Virus record (IMG/VR): IMGVR_UViG_3300006802_000085
Location: 32,001-80,770 of that record
Source of the DNA: a virus
Reading direction: 5' to 3' (one strand)
Length of the DNA: 48,770 nucleotides
The notes beneath the pieces were generated by a model. It saw only the letters and a list, made by a program, of their open reading frames with translations, was not told the DNA's origin and did not search any database. How positions within the stretch are numbered: the stretch's first letter is position 1; each line of letters begins with the position of its first letter. Of the stretch, positions 27,213-35,146 are shown piece after piece. The position numbers and the translations under genes are program-made.

Positions 27213-30185
27213 GTGACCGCGCCCGCCACCAAGCTCCCGATCGTTAACGCGTTCGTCGACGATGATGGGAGGCACATCCAACTGTTCGAGCTACACCCCG
27301 ACGGCGTCGTGCGACGCCGTCGGGAGCGCGCGACTTACGCTACCTACCATCGGCGGAGCGACATCAGCCTGCAGACGCTGCGCGCGCTCAAGTCCTCGGC
27401 CCACGTCGCACACGTCGCCTACGAGGGCAACGGTCGCGAGTGGGTGCGCGTAGGCTGGGCCGACGAGTCGCTGCGGCGTATCGCGCGACACAAGTTTCGC
27501 GACATGGGCATCGGGTGCTACGAGGGCGACGTCGACCCGGTGATGTGGTGGCTCGTTCACCACGATGCGGCGATCGCTAAGCCGCGCCGGTGCTACCTCG
27601 ACATCGAGACCGACTCGCGGGTGTCGCTCACACGCAAGCAAGACATGCGCGTGCTGACATGGGCGATGACGGCGCACGACACCGGCGTGACGTTGTCGGG
27701 GGTGCTCGAACGCGACGACGACGACGCCGAGGCGGACTTGCTTCAACGCCTCGCTGACGCGCTCGCCGACTACGATCAGGTCTGTGTGTGGGAGGGCGAT
27801 TGGAAGGGTGGCGAGTTCGACAGCTTCGTCGTGCCGGCGCGGATGCAGCGCACGGGTGTCGACGCGGACGCGCGGCGGTGGGTGTGGCTGAACCAACTCG
27901 CGGTCTGGAAGAAGATGAACATGCACTCGGCCGAGAGCGGCGCCGAGAAGGAATCGTTCAAGCTCGACGACATCGCGTTCGAGCAGTTGCGCATGGGCAA
28001 GGAGCCAACGCCGGAGTGGGTGCGCGAGCGTTTCGGCGAACGCGCAGATCGCGGGCTCGGCGCGCTCGCGTGGGATCTATGGGAGGCCGGCGGCCGCTTC
28101 CGCGATCTGCTCCTTCGCTACAACATCCGCGACGCGGAGCTCCTCCACAAGTTGGAGCAAAAGAAAGGATACATCACGCTCTTCCAAGCGACGGCGGAGC
28201 TATGCGGGATCCCACCCGTGACGCAGAGCCTCATGCCGACGCGGCAGATGGACGGCTACATCCTTCGTCTCGGACGACGCCGCAACCACCGCTTCCCGAC
28301 GAAGGTGTTTCGCGAGGACGAGGGCGAGCGCAAGAAGTTTCGCGGCGCCGTCGTCTTTCACCCGAAGTCGGTGCCGGACCCGGGCGAGAACTGGACGGCG
28401 GAGGACGCGGCGGCGTGGCGGCGCACGCACGGGTTCGCCAACGGGATCTTGCGCAACGTGCACGTGTGCGACTTCAAAAGCCTGTACCCGTCGGTGATGC
28501 GCACATGGAACCTCTCGGGCGACGCCGTCGTCGGCAAGATGTCGGCGGCCGAGTTCGAGCGCGCGGGTGCAGGCGAGGGCCGGTGCTGGAGTCCGGGCAC
28601 AGGTGTGGTTACGCGCGTTGAGCCCGAGGGGTTCTTACCGTTGGCGCTGCGCGATCTCATGGCGCAGCGCCAGCAGTACGCCGACGCCGCGGCGAAGCTG
28701 CCATATGGCACGCCGGAGTGGCTCGACGCCATGAGCAAGTCGACCGCGTGCAAGGTTACCGCAAACAGCTTCTACGGCGGCGGCGGCTCGCCGGGCTCGC
28801 GTTACTACGACGTGGACGTGAGCGAGTCGTGCACGCAGAACGGCGTGCACTTCCTCCGGTTGACGGCGTCCGAGGGTGAGCGGCGCGGAATGGTGCTCGT
28901 GTACGGCGACACCGACTCGAACATGGTCATCGGCCCGACGATGCAGGGCTTCGACCGGTTCGTGCGGTGGATGAACGCGAAGCGGATTCCTGAGGAGGTC
29001 GCGCGCTACGGCTGCCGCGAGAACTACATCGAGAACGCGTTCGAGAAGAGCTATGACCGCGTCGTGTTCGTGCGTGCGAAGGCGTACGTGGCCTCGTTGC
29101 TCCATTACAAGTGGAGCACGACATGCAACCGGTGCACGAAGCCGAGCGGCGGCCCCGGGTCCGTCGACGCCCGCACGCTGACGTGCCGCGACTGCGGCTA
29201 CGTCTACGACAGCATGCCGAAGAACTTGGGCGAGCCCGAGATCAAGGGCGTGGCGTACAAGCGCGGGGACAAGGGCAAGCTCGCGCGCGAGCTACAGGGG
29301 AAGGTCATCGACCTGCTCGTCGGTGGGCTCACGGTGAAGGGCGCCGACGGTAAACGTAGGTCGGCCAACGAGGGGTTGCGCATCGGTGCCGACGTTGATG
29401 GAGCCGTTGTCGTCGAGGATCCGAGCGCGCCCGCGCGCGTCGTGGAGACGCCAACAGACGACGTCGACGTCTACCGCGCCGTCATCCGGCGCGCGCGCGA
29501 TCACGTGCTCTCGGGGCCGCTCACATTGGAAGAAGTGCGGTTCTCGAAAGGGATCAACAAGCGCCTGCGCGAGTACGCGAAGCGCGGCGCGAACGGCAAG
29601 GAGTCGGTGCCGGCGCACGTCGGGGTCGCGCGCGTGCTGGAGTCGCGCGGTGAAGTCGTTGGGGTCGGCTCGCGGATCGAGTACGTGGTCGTCGACGGGT
29701 CGACGACGCCCCAACGTGTCATCCCCGCGAGCGACTACGCGGGGGAGTGCGATCGCTACTACTTGTGGGAGCGCGTGTACGAACCCTCGAAGTCGCTGCT
29801 CACGGCGGCGTTTCCGGATGAGGACTGGGAGCAGTGGGGCGACGTTCGCCCCAAGGTCTCGCGGCACAAGCAGAAGGTGCCGGAGGGTCAGCTTGGGCTT
29901 GACCTCGTGCCGGCGTCTACCCGGGTAAACGCCGCCGACGAGATCGCGCTGCCGGCGTTTCGCGCCGCGCCTTTGATCGTCGAGGTGCCGGAGGACGCGG
30001 GCGAGGCCACGTTGTCGCGGTTGCGCGATTGCTTCCGGCGCAACCCCGGCGCCCGTGCCGTCGAGGTGCACATCATCACGCGCGCGGGCGGGCGCGCCGT
30101 ACAGGCGATCGACGCCAGGGTGTCGACCGGCCCCAAGCTGATGGACGAAGTCACGCGTGTGCTCGCGGGCGACAACGCGCCATAA
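27213..30185 (+). CDS. Family B DNA polymerase with 3'-5' exonuclease, Zn-finger insert and C-terminal extension
   Basis: LDIETD, EFDSF, YNIRD (Exo I-III); DFKSLYPS, KVTANSFYG, YGDTDS, KAY, IKG. Confidence 0.95.
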   Translation: MTAPATKLPIVNAFVDDDGRHIQLFELHPDGVVRRRRERATYATYHRRSDISLQTLRALKSSAHVAHVAYEGNGREWVRVGWADESLRRIARHKFRDMGIGCYEGDVDPVMWWLVHHDAAIAKPRRCYLDIETDSRVSLTRKQDMRVLTWAMTAHDTGVTLSGVLERDDDDAEADLLQRLADALADYDQVCVWEGDWKGGEFDSFVVPARMQRTGVDADARRWVWLNQLAVWKKMNMHSAESGAEKESFKLDDIAFEQLRMGKEPTPEWVRERFGERADRGLGALAWDLWEAGGRFRDLLLRYNIRDAELLHKLEQKKGYITLFQATAELCGIPPVTQSLMPTRQMDGYILRLGRRRNHRFPTKVFREDEGERKKFRGAVVFHPKSVPDPGENWTAEDAAAWRRTHGFANGILRNVHVCDFKSLYPSVMRTWNLSGDAVVGKMSAAEFERAGAGEGRCWSPGTGVVTRVEPEGFLPLALRDLMAQRQQYADAAAKLPYGTPEWLDAMSKSTACKVTANSFYGGGGSPGSRYYDVDVSESCTQNGVHFLRLTASEGERRGMVLVYGDTDSNMVIGPTMQGFDRFVRWMNAKRIPEEVARYGCRENYIENAFEKSYDRVVFVRAKAYVASLLHYKWSTTCNRCTKPSGGPGSVDARTLTCRDCGYVYDSMPKNLGEPEIKGVAYKRGDKGKLARELQGKVIDLLVGGLTVKGADGKRRSANEGLRIGADVDGAVVVEDPSAPARVVETPTDDVDVYRAVIRRARDHVLSGPLTLEEVRFSKGINKRLREYAKRGANGKESVPAHVGVARVLESRGEVVGVGSRIEYVVVDGSTTPQRVIPASDYAGECDRYYLWERVYEPSKSLLTAAFPDEDWEQWGDVRPKVSRHKQKVPEGQLGLDLVPASTRVNAADEIALPAFRAAPLIVEVPEDAGEATLSRLRDCFRRNPGARAVEVHIITRAGGRAVQAIDARVSTGPKLMDEVTRVLAGDNAP
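29915..29930. repeat. Palindrome copy 6, inside polB (reads ASTRVNA)
   Basis: Read directly. Confidence 0.95.
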
Positions 30186-30187
30186 CC
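30176..30187 (+). promoter_or_regulatory. Class II promoter element overlapping the polB stop
   Basis: CGCGCCATAACC; its TAA is the polB stop codon. Confidence 0.6.
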
Positions 30188-30357
30188 TAGAGCGTGGAGG
30201 GTGCGACGATGGTCCTCGCGTCGGAAGCTTTGTGATCGCGGGCGCGCACTACTGCGTTGTTTGCGGTGAGCCGATGTGGCCCGGCGACGAGCATGCGCGC
30301 GACGACGTGGGGGCGTGGTGTGAGACGTGCTGTAACTTGCCCGAGGAGGCGACGGCG

Positions 30358-30996
30358 ATGAAGACGAGAAGCGAGGCGAAGAAGGCGAAGGTGGAACCGC
30401 GCGAGCCGACGGAGGTGGAGCGCATCAGCGACGACCTCAACGAGGCGATGGGCAAGGTGCGGCAGATCCCTGCGAACCCGTTCCGTTGGCCGAGCGCGCA
30501 CCGGCGCGCGGAGGAGACGGAGCTGCGCGACGACCTCAAGCGGGTGGTCGAGACCATCTTCGTCGACGACATCCACGGCGAGTGGGCGGAGCTGGAGAAG
30601 GGGCTCATGCTCGGGGCGAAGCGCACGGAGCACGCGCACGTCATCGCCGCGCTCGACCGCGCAGCGCGCCGCGCCGACCGCGCGCACCGGCTCTACCTTA
30701 CGGCGAAGCTCGCACGCGAGAAGTGGGAGGCGGAGAACGAGGCGGTGTGGGGCGGGATGTGGACGGCGGCGACCAACGCGTTGCAAGCGGAGAAGGACGC
30801 GGGCACGCGCTCGAAGCAGATCACGGACGCGGACGTGAAGGCGCGCGTGGGCGTGATGTTCCCGGACGAGCACCGGGCGCAGGAGGAGCGGCGGCGGTCG
30901 GTGGAGCTGACGGTGCGCGCGCTCGAACGCTTGTCCGATCTATGGTTCGCGCGCATGCGCAACCTCGACGCCATGGTGTCGAAGCTCCGCGGTTGA
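30358..30996 (+). CDS. Coiled-coil protein, possible UvsY-like recombination mediator (possible longer start GTG 30232 adding a Zn finger)
   Basis: SD GAGGAGG before MKTRSEA; helical; located between polymerase and SSB/RecA. Confidence 0.55.
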   Translation: MKTRSEAKKAKVEPREPTEVERISDDLNEAMGKVRQIPANPFRWPSAHRRAEETELRDDLKRVVETIFVDDIHGEWAELEKGLMLGAKRTEHAHVIAALDRAARRADRAHRLYLTAKLAREKWEAENEAVWGGMWTAATNALQAEKDAGTRSKQITDADVKARVGVMFPDEHRAQEERRRSVELTVRALERLSDLWFARMRNLDAMVSKLRG

Positions 30997-31002
30997 CGCG
31001 TC

Positions 31003-31015
31003 CGCGCCATAACCC
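31003..31015 (+). promoter_or_regulatory. Class II promoter element upstream of the SSB-like gene
   Basis: CGCGCCATAACCC. Confidence 0.7.
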
Positions 31016-31084
31016 TAAACGTGATCGGTCCACCCGGCGGAAGCCCGTCGGCGGACGTCTACGAAAGAAGAACGAGGCAAGACG

Positions 31085-32584
31085 ATGAGCAGAGGCGTGA
31101 CCCAACATTCGAGCATGCAATCGTGGCTAAGGTCGAAGTCGCCGGGGGCGGGAGGTGGCGGTGGGAAGAAGTTGTCGGGGTGGAAGGGCGGTGCCGCGGG
31201 CAAGGGTGAGATCGACACCTGGCTCCACACCAAGTGCCTGCCGCTGACGGTGTGGCGGCACCCGTTCCCGATGATCGTGGTCATCGAGGACAAGCAGACC
31301 AAGGCCAAGGTCGCGCACGTGTGGAGCCGCAACCACACTTGTCATGAGACCGAGTCGGTGCTGGAGACGATGTACTGGCGGGAGACCAAGGGCGACCCGT
31401 CCTCGCCGCGCAAGTCTCCGCCGGAACGGTGCGGGCTCTGCAAGTCGGCCGAGTACATGTGGCAGGCGTGTTGGCGATGGCTCGCCACGCACCGGTGGGC
31501 CAAGGACAAGGAGAACCCCAAGGCGGGCAAGTGGGTGCTCAACGCGCACGGCAAGGAGCTGAAGGCGGCGGGGCAGAGCGGGCCGGCAACGTTCGGGCTC
31601 GACCCGTGCGCCGTGCTCTTCAAGTTCGTATCCGAGGCGGAGGAGTACGAGAACACCACCATCCACGTCGGCGGGTTCTGCGGCATCTTCGGCCGCGACG
31701 ACTTGCCCGAGGACCTGCTCAAGGCGATGGCGCAAGCGCGCATCAGCCCCAAGGAGGCGTGGAAGGAAACGGGGATGGTCAAGCCCCGCTCGGTGATGTG
31801 CGTCGTCGACAACGACAAGCCCGAGCGAGGGGTTCAGGTCTCGGAGGAAACCAAGGACCTCGGCGAGAAGGTGAAGGAGAAGATCACGGAGGTGCTCGAC
31901 GGGTCGCAGATCAACATCATGAAGCGACCGTATTGCATCAAGTGGAAGTACGACCGATCGAAGCCGATGGGCAAGCAGTACGCGGTCACGGCCATGCTCA
32001 AGATCAAGCCCACGCCGCGCATCCTCGAAGTCATTCGCGGCGACGCGCCCGACCTCTCCGACATCGTCACGCCGTTCAACCAGCAGCAGATGCTCGCGAT
32101 CGTGGAGAAGCACTCACGCATCGAGGGCATCCCGTGGGCGACCTTGTTCCCGACGAAGGAGCAAGAGAAGCAGTGGGCGAAGGAGGACGCGACAGCGGCG
32201 AAGCGCGCGGCCGAGATCGCGGACGAGTACGAGCGCGACGACACCGACGATGACACCGACGATGACGGCGGCGAGGAGGAAGTGGTCGGGTGCGACGCGT
32301 GCAACAAGCCGCACCCGATCAGCGCGAACAAGTGCCCGCACTGCGGCCACGTCTACGACGTCGAGGACGAGCCCGACGACGAGGACGAGGAGGAAGAAGA
32401 GAAGCCGGCGCCGATCCGTCCGCGGAGTCAGGCGAAGGGTGGTGGCAAGGGCGGAGGCGGCAAGCCTGCGCCGGCACCCGAGCCGGACGACGACACCGAC
32501 GACGCCGACGACGACGACGACGACGACGCCGACGACACCGACGACGCCGACGACGACAACCAAGACGACGACATCCCATTCTGA
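31085..32584 (+). CDS. Putative single-stranded DNA-binding protein with Zn ribbon and acidic tail ending DDDIPF
   Basis: C-terminal DDDIPF; position immediately upstream of recA; CDAC...CPHC. Confidence 0.7.
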   Translation: MSRGVTQHSSMQSWLRSKSPGAGGGGGKKLSGWKGGAAGKGEIDTWLHTKCLPLTVWRHPFPMIVVIEDKQTKAKVAHVWSRNHTCHETESVLETMYWRETKGDPSSPRKSPPERCGLCKSAEYMWQACWRWLATHRWAKDKENPKAGKWVLNAHGKELKAAGQSGPATFGLDPCAVLFKFVSEAEEYENTTIHVGGFCGIFGRDDLPEDLLKAMAQARISPKEAWKETGMVKPRSVMCVVDNDKPERGVQVSEETKDLGEKVKEKITEVLDGSQINIMKRPYCIKWKYDRSKPMGKQYAVTAMLKIKPTPRILEVIRGDAPDLSDIVTPFNQQQMLAIVEKHSRIEGIPWATLFPTKEQEKQWAKEDATAAKRAAEIADEYERDDTDDDTDDDGGEEEVVGCDACNKPHPISANKCPHCGHVYDVEDEPDDEDEEEEEKPAPIRPRSQAKGGGKGGGGKPAPAPEPDDDTDDADDDDDDDADDTDDADDDNQDDDIPF

Positions 32585-32602
32585 GGGGGCGAGGGCTAGA
32601 GA

Positions 32603-33793
32603 ATGCGAAGGCGCGTACATACCAAGCGCGCCGCTCAGACCCAGCAGATGAACGACCTCCACGCGGTGGCGGCAGCCTTCACTGGCTTCCGCCCCGCGGG
32701 GGAGGTGTTCCTCAAGGTCAAGGCGGTGCCGACGATCTTCCCCGACTTCGATCACGGCGTGCGCGTCGGCGGGTTGCCGACCGAGCGCATCGCGCTCGTG
32801 CACGGACCCTCGGGCGAGGGCAAGACGATGTTCACGCTCGGGCTCGTGCGATCGTTTCTTACGGTCGGCAACCCCGTCTTCTTCGTCGACGCCGAGCGCA
32901 CGCTCGAACGCGGGTTCATCCGGCTCACGCTCCAAGACCAAGCCGACTCGCCCCTGTTCATGGGCGCGCGACCGACGTCGTACGAGCAGACGCGCGTGGA
33001 CGTCCGCACGTTCTGCAACCGCGTCGCCGAACTACGGAAGCGCGGCAAGGTGCACCCGGACGCGTGCGGACTCGTGGTCGTCGACAGCATCCGTAAGCTC
33101 GTGCCCAAGGACCAGTGGGAGAAGCTGCTTGAGTTGGCGAAGAACGCCAAGGACGAGAAGGCGCGCGACCGTGCGAACCAACACAAGGCGCAGATGAACG
33201 CGGCGTGGTGCGACGAGTTGATCCCACTGCTGGAGCAGACGGGGTGCACGATGGTGATCATCGCGCGCGAGATCGAGGACGCGGACGCGCCGCCGCCGCG
33301 CGCGATGCCGGGTCGGCCGCCGCCGCGCAAGCGCACGAAGACGGGCGGTGGCTCCGCGCTCTACTACGACGCGAGCCTCGACCTAGAGATCACGCGCGCG
33401 GCCTACGTGCAGAAGCCGGGCAAGACCGAGGGGTCGCGCCCGGTCGTGTACGGGGAGCGGCACCGGGTCACGATCAAGAAGTCGAAGGTGTCGGGCAAGG
33501 AGGACAAGGTCACGATCTGCCACTTCCACAGCTCGAACGGCAAGCTCGTACCCGAGGGGTTCGACCACGCGCGCGACCTCGTCGACCTCGGCGTGCGCCT
33601 GGGCGTGATCAAAGGCGGCAAGTCGACGAAGGGCGGCGGTGGGTGGATGCAGTGGCAGGGTCGGAAGTGGAACGGAGCCCACGCCGCCGTCGCCGCGCTG
33701 ACGAAGGACGCGCCCGCGCTCGCGAAGCTGGAGTCGGCGGTGCGCGCGAAGTTCGCGAGCGCGAGCCCGGTGGACCTGGACACGGAGGGGTGA
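32603..33793 (+). CDS. recA: RecA/UvsX-like recombinase
   Basis: VGGLP, HGPSGEGKT, FVDAE, VVVDSI, GGSALYYDAS, KSKV. Confidence 0.9.
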   Translation: MRRRVHTKRAAQTQQMNDLHAVAAAFTGFRPAGEVFLKVKAVPTIFPDFDHGVRVGGLPTERIALVHGPSGEGKTMFTLGLVRSFLTVGNPVFFVDAERTLERGFIRLTLQDQADSPLFMGARPTSYEQTRVDVRTFCNRVAELRKRGKVHPDACGLVVVDSIRKLVPKDQWEKLLELAKNAKDEKARDRANQHKAQMNAAWCDELIPLLEQTGCTMVIIAREIEDADAPPPRAMPGRPPPRKRTKTGGGSALYYDASLDLEITRAAYVQKPGKTEGSRPVVYGERHRVTIKKSKVSGKEDKVTICHFHSSNGKLVPEGFDHARDLVDLGVRLGVIKGGKSTKGGGGWMQWQGRKWNGAHAAVAALTKDAPALAKLESAVRAKFASASPVDLDTEG

Positions 33794-33797
33794 CCGC

Positions 33798-34529
33798 GTG
33801 CGATACCTTGTCACCTCGGACTGGCATGCGGACTGGACCACGCTCGGCCGAAGCCGCTACATCGAGATCGCGGAGGCGGTCGAGCGCACGATCGAGGTGG
33901 CGCTGAGCGAGCGCGTGGACGCGTACCTGTTCCTCGGCGACCTCACCGACCCGGACACGGGCGGCGACTCCTACCGCGCGGTAACGCTCGCGCTGATGAC
34001 GGCGACGCGGCTCGCGGCCAAGGGCGTGCGGTCGATCTGGGTCGCGGGCAACCACGACGTGTGTGAGGACGGGACCGGCACGACGACGCTCGCCCCCCTG
34101 CTCGCGGTGTCGTGGATGTACCCGGGGCGGGTGTGGGTGGCGACGCAACCGTGTGCGGTGCCGATGAGCGAGGACGAGTGGGTGCTCTGTCTCCCGTTCA
34201 CGCCCGCGAGCCATGGCGCGGATGCGGCCGAGGCAGTGCGCGCGCACTGGCCCGCGCGCGGGCGCGTAGTCGTCGCCGCACACCTGATGCTGCCGGGCAT
34301 TCACCCCGGCAGCGAGGAGGACATGCCGCGCGGGCGTGAGGTCGTGTTCCCGGCGGGGTTGACGCGCGCGGCGTCGGTGCGGCTCAACGGTCACTACCAC
34401 GCGCGGCAGACCGTCGACCTCGGCGACGGCGGCCCCGCCGTCATCGTACCCGGGTCGATGGCGCGGCTCGGGTTCGGCGAGGAGCAGAACGAGCCCGGGT
34501 TCCTCATCGTCGACACCGTCGCGCCATAA
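33798..34529 (+). CDS. SbcD/Mre11-like metallophosphoesterase, catalytic domain
   Basis: SDWH, LGDL, GNHD, AAH, GHYH, PGS...FGE; stop supplied by a class II element. Confidence 0.9.
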   Translation: MRYLVTSDWHADWTTLGRSRYIEIAEAVERTIEVALSERVDAYLFLGDLTDPDTGGDSYRAVTLALMTATRLAAKGVRSIWVAGNHDVCEDGTGTTTLAPLLAVSWMYPGRVWVATQPCAVPMSEDEWVLCLPFTPASHGADAAEAVRAHWPARGRVVVAAHLMLPGIHPGSEEDMPRGREVVFPAGLTRAASVRLNGHYHARQTVDLGDGGPAVIVPGSMARLGFGEEQNEPGFLIVDTVAP

Positions 34530-34532
34530 CCC
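34520..34532 (+). promoter_or_regulatory. Class II promoter element, leaderless start at 34539
   Basis: CGCGCCATAACCC; 8 nt to ATG; contains the sbcD stop. Confidence 0.7.
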
Positions 34533-34538
34533 CTGGGC

Positions 34539-34775
34539 ATGACGATCTCGTTCGCCGACGCCGCCGCGCAAGCGGTCGCGCTGTTCCGCCGAGCCGGCTA
34601 CCCCGGCGCCGACATCACCGTCGCCGTGCCCGCCGTGGACGTGCTCGCGCTCCAACGCGAGCCCGAGGTGGCGCGCGCGATCGTGGACCACGCCATGGCA
34701 CCGCCTGTTGCCGCGCCTAGGGGGCGCGTCCTGGGCCTCGTCGCCGGGGTCCGGGTGGTCGTGGGGGGAGAATGA
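34539..34775 (+). CDS. Small hypothetical protein
   Basis: Leaderless start; ATGA coupling downstream. Confidence 0.55.
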   Translation: MTISFADAAAQAVALFRRAGYPGADITVAVPAVDVLALQREPEVARAIVDHAMAPPVAAPRGRVLGLVAGVRVVVGGE

Positions 34776-35146
34776 GAAGGCGCGTCCACCGCCGTCCTAG
34801 CGCGAGCGTCCGCGTGTTCCCGGTCGAGGGGGCGCGGCTGGTCACGCTGGAGGACCCGGGCGGGGACTTGGGTGCCGTCGCCGGCGCTTACGCCCGGCTG
34901 CGCCCGCCCGAGGGGACGACGCCGGACGCGGTCGGTCAGTGGCGCGAGCGCGTGGCCAAGGTCGCGCTCGCGGTCAAGGTGCTGTCGGCGTCCCGCGCCG
35001 CCGACGTGCCCGACGCGTCTACCCGGGTAAACGCCGCCGACGTCGTCGGCGACTTGCGCGAGGAGGCGACGGCGCTCGCGCGCGAGAACGGCGACGAGCG
35101 CGTGGTCGCGATCGTCGCCGAGGTGCTGGACGAGGTGGGGGTATGA
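34772..35146 (+). CDS. Hypothetical protein, probable detached SbcD C-terminal domain
   Basis: RLVTLE...GAYARL...VKV then a helical acidic end; coupled to sbcC. Confidence 0.55.
   Translation: MRRRVHRRPSASVRVFPVEGARLVTLEDPGGDLGAVAGAYARLRPPEGTTPDAVGQWRERVAKVALAVKVLSASRAADVPDASTRVNAADVVGDLREEATALARENGDERVVAIVAEVLDEVGV
35017..35032. repeat. Palindrome copy 7, intragenic (ASTRVNA)
   Basis: Read directly. Confidence 0.95.

Noticed and set aside
27213-30185. Intein or intron in the polymerase
   Set aside because: Insertions are short and lack intein terminal (C...HN) or LAGLIDADG motifs; the frame is continuous
26173-32575. Trinucleotide/hexanucleotide tandem repeats as non-coding repeat elements
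   Set aside because: They encode Asp/Glu tracts within ORFs 25874 and 31085
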